A DNA stretch of 64,000 bases from Guillardia theta CCMP2712 (taxonomy: Eukaryota; Protista; Cryptophyta): the NCBI RefSeq assembly GCF_000315625.1, contig NW_005434673.1:210270-274269 (forward strand). The letters are read 5' to 3'. Made by a program: the position numbers and the translations under genes. This document shows positions 47,157 to 58,200 of the stretch, one piece after another. How positions within the stretch are numbered: the first letter of the stretch is position 1; every line of letters starts with the position of its first letter. The notes below the pieces were generated by a model that had not been told where the DNA came from, ran no database searches, and worked only from the letters and a program-made list of their open reading frames with translations.

Positions 47157-48399
47157 CCTGATGCTCGCCGATAACGTGGCTTGTGACTCGTTGTGTGTGT
47201 CGCTGGTCTTTCTCTACTCTTCCCTCTTCCCTCCTGATTTGATTCTCTTCGCTTTCGACGAATTCTTCCTCCCTCAAAATCCGAACTTTTCCCTTCCACT
47301 TCTTTGACTTCCAAACGTTGAAAACTTTCTAGATCTCAACGGCCTCAGTGCTGATCTATCTGAAACCAGACTGTTCCTCTCTCTTCTACCTTGTGTATCT
47401 TTCTCTTTCAACTGGGTCTTCTCTAAACTTGCTCTCCTCCGCCACTTCCTCGTCCTTGTCGACCCAAAGTCACCATACCTCCACAATCGCTGTACCCCTA
47501 CCCCCAAAGCCTGAATTTCACCCCTACTTTGTCCTCTATAATGTACCCGTCCAGTGAATCTTACCACCGGTGTCAAATTTGACTTGCCTGGTGGAAAGTT
47601 GACAGAAAACGGTAATAGGGGGGGTAGTAGGACGGGAGATATTTCTCATTAGGGGGGGGGGGGGGGGGTGGTATGGGACGCGACGTCCCTTCCAGCACTA
47701 GGAAGGACAGCATACCCTAGGGTGGTTCAAAATACAGGGGTGATTTCTTAATTTTTGTAGGAGAATCGACCGAGGAATTCAGGGTGGGGTAGTATTGGGA
47801 TGACATTTTGATGATGGGGGTAACTTCAAGATACAAAAGGGTCACGAGGGGGTGGGGTGGAGTAGGTGGACGGGGTAGTCATTGAACCGTTGAGCGACGA
47901 TTCATCCGAGGAATTTTGACTGTTACAAAATAGTTACTACGAGAGAGAGTCCACCGTGGCACCGGACTCCGGAGAGTCTGACCCGTCCGACGGTCACCCG
48001 GGCCGGCGTGCCCCGGCGCCTCGGTCCGAGTGCCAGGGCCATCCGATGATCGACTAATTTGACCGTTGAATCTGTCCGTCAGTGACTCGCAATCGGATGA
48101 TAAACATGCCAGTACACTTGTCGATCGCGTTTTTCACTGGTTTGATCGCATCATCACCACAGGCTACCACCACGTAAAAATCAAAATCTACATAACTACA
48201 CATACTGCCAAGTTCGCCTTTCGCTCTGCCCTACATGAATTGTCTATTGGTTTTTCTTCTCGGACTTTGAATCTTTCGGATCCTGACAAAGAATCAGCTT
48301 TGCGAAGAAACATACATACCTCCAAGCTGAACACAATGAGCTACCTGCTTTGGCACCCTATCCAACAAAGCATCGTAGATTTCCCCAGTCGTGCTCCTC

Positions 48400-49094
48400 T
48401 TGAGTCTCAACCTGACCTTGCTCCTGCTCCATCATCAGGATGACCATGCGCACGTCTGCCATAGGAGCCTCACCACGGCGCACCGCGGAGGTACTTGGAT
48501 ATCATCCGCCGATTGCGAACATCCATTCCATCAACATCCAGCAGGAGGTCACCTTCCGCTACACCTCCCTTGAGAGCGCCTTCACTCGAGACTTGTGAAA
48601 CCATCTGGTGCCGTCGATGGGAAGTAAACCTCCAGGCGGGCAACGCAAGGACGGCTGGCAACTTACCCACGTTCCCCTCGTGCTCTGGAATTTAACGCCG
48701 CATCCCGGGCGGATGTAATCGAGTCGTCTGAGCCTGCGTCTGATCAGACACTGCTTCTGCTATGCGGATCAGACATTGCAGGTCTGCGAGGGGAGGGGAG
48801 AGCAATACCGTGAAAGACATCATCATCCCAATAACAGCGGAAGCACCGAAGAAGAGGAGAAAGCGATGTTCGTGGATCCATGAAGGGAGTGGACCTCGAT
48901 AGACGCTAGACATGTCATTGCCTTTTGCAGCCATGATGACCTCCCTGCTCCTGATCAAACCATTCGTATCATAACTGCTGCTAGCTCCCACACGGGCCAC
49001 ACCTTCCCCTAGAACACAGTCAAGCTCACCTGCCATCGAACTTGGACTTCATAGACTCCATCATCCCAACAGCCAGCATGAGAACACCTGCCAT
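48400..49094 (-). CDS. Small TM + PDZ-domain protein (approximate ends)
   Basis: TM segment FLLFFGASAVIGMMM; PDZ-like VSQVSSEGALKGGVAEGDLLLDVDGMDV...LRGAP. Confidence 0.55.
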
Positions 49095-49234
49095 GGCGAG
49101 CATCCGCAAGGCCAGTCTGTAGAGAGAAGGAAGCTGCATTCGAATGCGATCCTCCTCCTCTGCCCCGTCAGCCTCTCTCGCCATCACAACACGAAGACGA
49201 ACACGGACAGTCAGTAGTGACCTTTGACAAGGTC

Positions 49235-49620
49235 AATCACCGTGACCGCAGTGCCGAGCCTCACTGAGTGGACCCGGCGCCCGGCGCGGGCCCGGCGCGG
49301 CCGCGCCGTCATAGTCCGCCGGGCCGCCAGGCCCGGGAAGGGGGAAGAGGGAAGGGTGCGACCCGGGGGCAGCGGGGGCCACTGAGCGGGGGGAATCACA
49401 GTAATAGGGTGGCACCGTCACTCAGTGAGCGGGTCTGGCACGGGCCAATTGCCACAACCGTACACGGTCACTGAGTCCCCCGGACCCGGGGCTCCGGAGT
49501 CCCGGTGACAGTGACTCTATTAGCTGATAGAGGACATGATGGCGTCCGGCCGGGCCGCGTCACTCAGTGACACGGTGACCGTACACCGTGCCGCGGCACA
49601 GCCGGATGATGAGTGATCAG
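49235..49620. promoter_or_regulatory. GC-rich palindrome-dense island between divergent genes
   Basis: Repeated TCACT(C/G)AG, ACCGTACAC and CCGG/GGCC clusters. Confidence 0.45.
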
Positions 49621-50169
49621 TTACGAAATTGAGGATTTCGTAACGACTAGAAACGGCTATTGTAACCGTCTGTGGAGGAAGATGCGAGCCGCCAGTCATG
49701 CAGGGAGCAGGAGAGCGTCAGCCATGTTGGCTCGTTGAACGACTGGCTCTCTCCTCGCATCAGATGGCATGCTCTGTCACTTGCCCGCTCCTCTCCCCCT
49801 CTCTCTCCTTCTTGCCGTGCTCTTGATCCCGCTTCCACCTCACTGAATCACTTCGATGTTGGAAGGATCCTCGTGAGACTGTTCCTTGTCCTGCTCGTGT
49901 TATGCTGCCCCTGGAAGTGTCAAGCCCTCATCATCTCTCTATTTGTCATCTATAACGCTTGCGCTATTCTGAGCAAAATTTGTTCCTTTTCTGCTCTATC
50001 GCTGGTCGATTGCATTTCTGTGCTCTAGCACTTTTCGGTACCAGAACAGCGTGACGCTTCTATCTGTTTTAATCAGAAGTTTTCTGCTTGCAGGATATCT
50101 TTCTTCCTTTGATACTTTCCTGCAGGCAGGAATTGAATATCAGGGAGATATCGTCAGGGAAAGCGAAGC

Positions 50170-51587
50170 ATGGAGGGAATTATCCATCGGATCCAAGGCC
50201 TGAGCGGCAAACAAGATGATTGGCGATCTCTTGTCCAGCAACTGGACAACAACTTGGATTTTCTTTGTCAGAGCAGGCTTGCCATTGACGAGATCTATGG
50301 ACAGCTGAACCCTGAGAGCCATGGGATAGGATGCGTTTACCTGCTGTGAGTTCCGTGTTGCGTGCTCAGGGTGTGACTGTTTGTTGGCAGTTACTGCAAG
50401 ACGAAGGATGCAGAAAGAAGTAGCAGCGACGAGATGTTCATCCAGCAAGTCCGGGATCTGTGCGTTTCTGGCAACCCGGAGCAGCTGAAGTTTGTGAGGA
50501 GCAAGTTTTGTGAAGTTTGTAGGATATTCACCGAGATTTGCCGAGAGAGGTAGAATTGCAGTTTCATCTTACAGTGATCTCTGACTTTCGATGAAGTGCG
50601 TCTAGAGCGATGTTCGGCATCACTCCGCTGTGCGTTGGTATCAGCAAAGTGAGGCCGAGCCCTGAGCACCTCACATCGATCCATGCCGACTTGTTGCAGC
50701 TCTGCCTTGTGGCTAAGGTCTTCAAGGTATGGTGCAGAGCTGCGTCGATCGAGTTCATGAGTTTGCATTTCCAGCCTGCTCTGCCCATTGTGAGCCAGAG
50801 AATCTTGTATGTCACGAAAGACTGCGTCCAGGTGAACGATGGATGTAGAATTTGCTTCAGGTTCTGCTCACTTTCCAACCCAGCCCAGGGACTTTCTGCT
50901 CTACTACTACTATGGAGGGATGCTTTACACGGCGTTGAAAGACTACAACAAGGCCCTAGACATGTTCCAGCTCGCTTTCACGATGCCTTGCCACGGTTGT
51001 CAGTTGATCTTACTCACAGTCATCTGACGCTTGTTCAGCACTCAATGAAATCTTGGTTGAGACGTACAAGAAGTATGTGCTCGTCTCTCTGATTGTCCAC
51101 GGAGAGGTTCAGGTGAGAGGCTGACGGCTGTCATTCTTCGTTGGAGTGATCTGGAAAACTCTTTGCAGTCTCTTCCGAAGTATTCCACCAACATCGTGCA
51201 GGTGAGTTTCAAATCGTTAGCACTGAACCATCTGACTGTGCCACCAGCGGCTGATCAAGAACTGCTGCGCGGAATACAACGAGATTGCAAACGCATGCTC
51301 TGCGAACAAGCTGGATGAGTTGCGGGTACAAGTTCTATCGTCCTCTCACGTCTGTTGCTGATGATGAATGTCTCCGCCAGAATTGTGTAGAGAAGCACAA
51401 GAACTTGCTGACGAAGAATCAGAACCTCGGACTTGCTATGCAGGTCACTGGGAGCAGTCGACGTTTGCCCCGCTGATCCCCCTTGTGCCATCAGATGATC
51501 GACTCCATGTGCTCGAGGAGCATCCAGCGGCTGACAGAGGTGAAGAAATCCCTCCTCCCCTCTCTTCCCTCCTCCTGCTCTTGCTCT

Positions 51588-51624
<37 letters not shown>

Positions 51625-52356
51625 CCTTCTCCTCCTCCTGCTCCTGCTCCTCCTCCTACTGCTTTGAGTCGTCTGACACCTCCTAGACATTCGTCACCCT
51701 GTCATTGACGGACATTGCGCAAGAAGTGAAACTCCCCGATGCCGAGAGCGCGAGGAGTCAAGTGAGCGCAGCCGCCGCATCTTGTCAAGTCGCTGACTTG
51801 ACTCGCTTGTTGTCGTAAAGGTTCTGCGGATGATCGAGCGGGAGCAGATCGTGGCCACCATCGACGAGGAGAAGGGCATGGTGTCCTTTGACACCGAGCC
51901 GGACAAGGCGACGTCGCAGCAGCTGCTCCTCAGACTGAGCAAGCAGATTGAAGTAGGAGGGAAAGGGGAGGAGAACGAAAAGGGGGGAAGGCGATGACAG
52001 GGGAAGAGGAGGGGGGGGATCGGAGGGCGTTGAGAGAAGCAGAGGAAGAGAAATTCTGACGAGCAGTGCAGGTGGCCATGGAATTGAACGAGAAGTTGCG
52101 GCAGGCGGACGAAGACATCAGCGCGAACGCGGCTTACCTGAGCAAGGTTTCGATCCAGGAGCGCCAACTGCGTTGGGGGGATTCCGGTGAGGATGGTGGT
52201 GGTTGTGGTGGTGGTGGTGGTGGTGGTGGTGGTGATGATGATGATTATGAGGAGGAGGAGGCGTTGACCATTTGGATAGAGTGGGCAGCGACGGGTGCGG
52301 AGGAAATGCTGGACGTGGGCGAGAAGCCAGCGGGATTCAACTTTGGAAGATCTTAG
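50170..52356 (+). CDS. CSN3: COP9 signalosome subunit 3, multi-exon
   Basis: LNPESHGIG, EHLTSIHADLLQLCL, FLLYYYYGGMLY, VETYKKYVLVSLI, LPKYS, IQRLTETFVTLSLTDIA (PCI domain). Confidence 0.93.
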
Positions 52357-52554
52357 TAGGAGGAGAAAAAGAGGAGGAGGAGAAGTACAAGGGAGGGAAA
52401 AAGAGATCATGCCGTTTCTTTTCCTTTCTTGCCCTCCCGCTCGTTTGCCTGCCTCTCCTCTCCTCTCCTCTCCTCTCCTCTCTTCCGCTCTTGCCTGGTC
52501 TCCACTCCGCTCCTTATCTCCGCTCCTTCTCTCTATCTCTAACTTGACTTCTCT

Positions 52555-53159
52555 TCATGGGACCGGAATCTTGATCTCCTTGTTGTACTCGGCGAAGGCG
52601 TTCTCGAAATCCTCCAGCACTTTGTCATCTGCCATGTCTTCAAAGATCTTCTCCAGCTCCGCTTCCTCCTCCTCCACATCCATCTTGATCCTCCCCCCTG
52701 GCCAGAACTCATAGCTCTTGGACCTGCCGCATCCCATCAGTCTGCGCAAGTTGCAGCACCTCCGCTCACTCGTTGCTGCCCTTCTCCTGCACAACACAGC
52801 GCTTGATGCTCCATCTCGCGATCACATCGTTGCGGAGGCTCATGGGTATCTGCAGCAGGTGAGAAGGGTTGAGACTTGTTAGGGCGACTCACTTGCAGGA
52901 GACCCTGAGTGACGTTGAGCAGCCGGATGGAGTCGCCGGGTGTTTTGGTACAGTAGAAGGGAACAACGTCTCTGTCTACTCCGAAGAAGGCGAAGGGAGC
53001 TTGCGAGTTGACGGTGATCTGCAGGAACCCTGGAGGTGGGTGGGTTAAGGGAGGAGACGAGGGAGGGAAGGAGGGTCTGATTTGGAAATGGGGAGGAGTT
53101 TGAGGTGAGAGGAGAGCTAAGGTAGGAGAAAACGAGGATCAATGGAGATGATGACGGAC

Positions 53160-53226
<67 letters not shown>

Positions 53227-54650
53227 ATGACGATGATGAAGATGAAGATGAAGATGAAGATGATGATGAAGATGAAGAAGAAGAAGAAGAAGAAGATGAT
53301 GATGATGATGAAGAAGATGGTAATGGTGGTGGCGGTGATGGTGGTGGTCGAAGTAATGATGATAGTGATGATTATGATGATTATGATGATTATGATGATG
53401 AGTAGNNNNNNNNNNNNNNNNNNNNNNNNNNNNNNNNNNNNNNNNNNNNNNNNNNNNNNNNNNNNNNNNNNNNNNNNNNNNNNNNNNNNNNNNNNNNNNN
53501 NNNNNGAAAGGGCTCCTCGCTGAGCTCCTTGCTCTTAACCTCCTTCCGATATCCCCCAGGCCCGCGTCTTGAGCTCCTCCGGATGAACCTTCGGGGCGGT
53601 TGCCGGCTTCTTCATCACCCCGAGGAAAAGAGGGCCGTTGGAGCAGTCGATGTGGATGATCCACCGGCTGGTGCCCTGCTGCTTCGGTTGTGACCTGAAG
53701 CGGACAAGCAGCCATGAGCAGCAAGCAGGGGGGGGGAGAGGGAGGACCAGGTGATGTACGCGTAGTCCACGGGCTCGTAGTAGATGGGAGGAGGGTCTTG
53801 GTAGTCACTCTGGTCAGGTGACATCCTCTTCCAACCTTTTGGAGGCTTCCAGTGTGAGTTGCTCATGTTGATGTAGATGGCCTTGTCGTTGATCTGAACC
53901 CCATGGAGAACCGAGAGGACAACGTGATCTGTGATCATATCTCCTGAGAGATCGCACGTCAGGGTAGCAAGGGAGAGCTTCTCTCCTCACACTGACCCGT
54001 CTGAAGCCTGAAACGAGCCTTCTTACCGTCCTCGTCGACCTCTATGTCCCTGCTCCATTCACTCACGTTCCACGTCTCGTTGTACCGCTCGTCGAAGGTT
54101 TGCATCCAGTTGAACGGCTCATCGTCAAAGGGGACCATCCTGTCCTCATTGAACAGAGTCACGTTGGGGTCCGAGGCCATAAGATATCTGTCTGACTTCC
54201 ACCCGTACTGGGTGTCCTTGGTGGCATGCTTGCCGGGGAAATCACTGAAGAGGATGATCTATGGGAGGTCGTGGATGTCAGAAAGATCAAAGGGAGACGA
54301 AACACTCTCACGTTCCCGGAGATCTCTCGGAAGAGCTCAGCAGTATTAGGGAGAGGATGCCGTTTCTTCCTTGCCGGGGTCTTTCGCTTCTCCTTCCCTG
54401 CATCTTCGGCACTTCCCTGCTCTGTTTCTCTCTCAATCATGGCGTTGTTGTCGATGATCGACTCGATCTCATCGTCCAGATCTGATGACCCTCCTCGCAA
54501 GCTCAGCCGCGAAACATCCATGGACTTGACTTTCAGTCTAGAACTCCCACACCTCGTCCGCAGCTTGCAGGACGTGGAGCTTGGATGTTCCTGGCTGGCG
54601 TAGGGAATGATGATAGTGAGGATGATCGTCACCGTGATTGGCCTCCTCAT
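52555..54650 (-). CDS. Signal-peptide protein with LSLRGG motif and possible SPRY-like domain; spans an N gap
   Basis: Hydrophobic N-terminus; RLSLRGG; RWIIHIDCSNGPLFLGV...FAFFGV...VPFYCTKTPGDSIRLL resembles SPRY strands. Confidence 0.6.
53160..53505. repeat. Compound (TGC)(TGA)(GAA)(GGT) microsatellite abutting a 100-N gap (53406-53505)
   Basis: Direct reading. Confidence 0.95.
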
Positions 54651-55230
54651 GGCTCAATGCTTGAACCCTAGGTCTCTCAGGTAGCCCATGTCTGCTCAGG
54701 AAAGCAAGAGTGAGTAGCTATTGACGGTATTGACATGATACACAAGTATTGTCAGTCTTGCGTCATGCTTCTCCACGAAGACTCCTCTTCCCACATGTGC
54801 TAATCTTCCTGCTTGCTGTGTTCCTCCTTCTATCGTGTCTGTGCCTGCATGTCTTTCTCACGCTCTGCTCTGCTCTGCTCTGCTCTGCTCTCCCCTCCTC
54901 TCCTACAATCTAATGCGTCCGATCGTACATGCCCAGGATCATTCGTGTACCTCATCCCCGCTCATATCCTAGCAAACACCGGGTCCTCCAGGGGTCCTCT
55001 GCCGGGTCCTGCCGGGTCGGCTGCCGGGTCGGGCCAGGCAGCGGGCCAGGGGTCGGGCCGCGCCCGCGCCGCGGCCGGGCAGTCACCCGGCCTCTCGGAG
55101 TCCCGGAGTCCGGGCAGCCCGGCCTGGCGGCCAGCTCACTGACGGAAAGAGGGTTAGCCGTCCGTCAGACTCCATCTTTATATTTTAGTGTACACTGATC
55201 TACTCTACTATACATCCAGTCCAGCACTGA

Positions 55231-58200
55231 TCAAGGCAGCTCCTCTACGAACTCCAGGCACTCGTCCAAGGAGCCCCACCTGACTCTACACGCCTGCAGC
55301 TCATGGTAAGTGGAAGCGAACACAAGCGCTGGCACTCGTACCTGGCAGGATGGATCCAAGCACACAGCATGAGAAGCAGAGGCGATGATGCTGCTCGCAG
55401 GAGCAGGGGAAGGCATCTTTGAGACGTTGACCTGCTCCGCATCCTCGTTGTCCCCCACGACTGTGGAGGCTCCCGAGTTCTCTGCGGGAGATCGGGAGGC
55501 TCTCTTGGCAGCATGCTTGCTCGGCTCCACCCGCCAGGCCTCCTGGGACGCAGACATTGCGCGGTTGATGATGTGAACCTCCTGCGGTAGGGCGTCAGAG
55601 CTGGGTGGCGAGGAAAGGGGAGCGGCAGGCGGAGACCTTCTTGGTCAGTAGGGGAGGATAGGGTTTCTGCTTCCCATGGCTCGATTCGACGACTCGCCCC
55701 ATGCTGCTTGCTGGAGAGTGAACTGCTCCTGTCCACTCGGGACTTCTCCAGAGGTTCTTCCTGTTTTCCAGCCGGAAGCTCGCAGGGTTCCCCCCCCTCC
55801 CCTCCTCCTCCTCCTCTATTGGCCGCCGGCTGCTGCCAGCAGACCCGAAACTCTCCCTGACGACCCTTGCGGACGGAGGCCTGCTGGCCAGTCTCGCTGT
55901 CTTGGGGCGGACGGGCCGGTCGGGCATGTCGTTCCTGTCACTGACACGAGGGGCAGTGGAGGGTCGGCGCCTTTCGAGGGTGGGAGGAGGACCGTCAGAG
56001 AGTTTGACGTGCTCGAGGTTGAGGGAGAGGGAGGGAGTATCGATCAGCTTCTTCGTGCTCTTCTGCTGCATGCGGAACAGCCGGTTCCTCGACGTCTGCC
56101 TGCCCTCCCTGCTCACCAGGTCCCTGTTGCTCGCTCCCTTTCTGATCCTCTCAGAGACGAAGCACATGATAATTTTCCTCCTCAACATCCTCTGCATCGT
56201 GATCGCTGCGTTGACCGTCGTCGGGTCGTCGTGGTTCCTCCACACGGAGATCTTCTTGGAGAGGTTCGGGGCAGCCTCGCCCGACACGGCCACGAAGGAG
56301 TCGTCGACGATGAGGTGTTTGAACACGGAAGAGATGTCCTCTACAAACTGCTTCGACACCGCCTGGTCACACTTCTTCTGCCAGTTCTCAAGCGCGAGCA
56401 CCGACGCCCTCGTCTTCTCTCCCAGCAGCCACCTCGTGTTCTCATCCCAGTCCGCGTCCGCGTCCGACTGCGCATTCAGAAAGAAGTCCGACATCACCGC
56501 CTTCTTCGCGTCGTACGCGGCCTTGAAGTTCAGCGCCAGGTTCTGTTTCCCCGTCACTGAGTCGACCTCCCGCTGGTGCCTGGCGTCAGACTGCAACGTG
56601 TTGACTTGTCGCAACGTGAAGCCTGCGGCCTTGAAGCGGCTCAGCCGCTTCCCCTTGGGGACTTGCTCGAGGGGAGGAGCCGCCGGCGGGGTTCCTGCTG
56701 AGAGAGCTTCGGGGGATTCGGCTGAAGGGACGGAAGCTGATAAAGGCATGTTCTCCGGCAGCTGGTCCAGAACCAGTTGGACTTTTGCTTGTTTCAGAGA
56801 GGTGCGCTGCTCGCCTCCGGCTCCGGCTCCAGCTCCGGCTCCGGCTCCAGCATCAGCTCCTCGTGGTTCCCTTTGCTTCGCGCCTCCTCCTGCATTGCTC
56901 GCGCCTTCAAATGCCCGCACTTGCTCGGCTTGCTGGCTGTCACGAAGAACGCCGATGGTGGACAAAAAGTCTTTGAGTTCTTTCGCAGCGTCAGCTGGGA
57001 TGTAGGTGGACTTTTGTTCTTTTGCAGGAGGAGCCTTCTTCAGGCTAGCAACCTGACCTCCCTCCGCCTCCTTCACTAGCACGGGTTTCACGCCGCTGCC
57101 GAGATCCCTGGAGGAGCTGCTGTGGGAGGGAGCAGGAGTCGTCTTGGTCGGAGCTTCGGTTGTTTTGTACATGCTCCAGGATCGCATCTGATCCAGCGCA
57201 GCCCTGTCCTGCAGGATGAGGAAGAGAGCTTCCTTCATCTGGATCACAGACTGACGGCTGCTGAGAAGCACGTGGCTGTACTGCTTCTGCAAGAGGTTCA
57301 GCATCTTTTCGAGCTGCTCGTAGTCGACGCTGCCGTCACTCGGAGCCTCCTTGAACTTGAGGACCTCGCGCTCGAGGGAGAGGATGAAGGACTTGAGGTT
57401 TGCGTCATTGCTGAAGTTGGCGAAGATCTCGCCGTACTGCGAGAGGCTGAGGAGGAGGCTCATGTAGGAGGAGAGCAGAGAGGGCGTGTAGGATTGCTCC
57501 TTGCTGAACCTCGCGCGGATGTTGGTGAGGAGTTTGAAGCTAATCATCTCCTCTCTGCAGGAGGGATCCTGGGCAAGGGACTTGATGATTGAGAAGAGCT
57601 CGTCCAAGGACGACTTCTGCGGCTGCTCTAGCTTGTAGAAGAGGAGGTGGATGACTCTGACCTTCTTTTCCTTGGACAGCTCCATGAATATCCTTGAGCT
57701 CTTGCACAGCCTCCAGATCGTCTCCGTCGCCAGCTCCGAGGTGAAGTTCTGGTGGAGGGACATCAGGCCGATGATGTGGGGAACGACACCAGAGTCGAAG
57801 CAGGTAGAGAACTGGTGGAGGGAAAGGCAGTCAAGGACCATGCCGCAGATCAGCTGGACGGGGGAGATCTCCCCCTGCGCCGAGACGTTGATACACTGCC
57901 CCTCGTTCCAGGCGTCCAGCGTCATGGGAGGAGCCGAGGCCTTCAGTCCGACGTGCGACTTGGTGATGCTGAGGAAGGCAGACTTGGAGCAGGTGGCGAG
58001 GAAGAAGCGCTCGAGGTAGGGGAGGGTAAAGGTGACGCGATGGATGAGCTTGCGGTAGGCCACGCGGAGAACCTCCTTCCTGTGCTCCAGGGGGAGCTCG
58101 AAGTTCTGCCCTGACTCGGACATGTAGGCTGCCTTGCCGGTGATGAAGGTCGGGATGTCTCGGTCCCTCCTCCTGTTCTTCATCTTCACCTCCTCCATGA

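Noticed and set aside
55676-57005. Long plus-strand ORFs antisense to real genes (also 13277, 20075, 42932)
   Set aside because: Shadow ORFs arising from the GC-rich codon bias of the opposite-strand gene.
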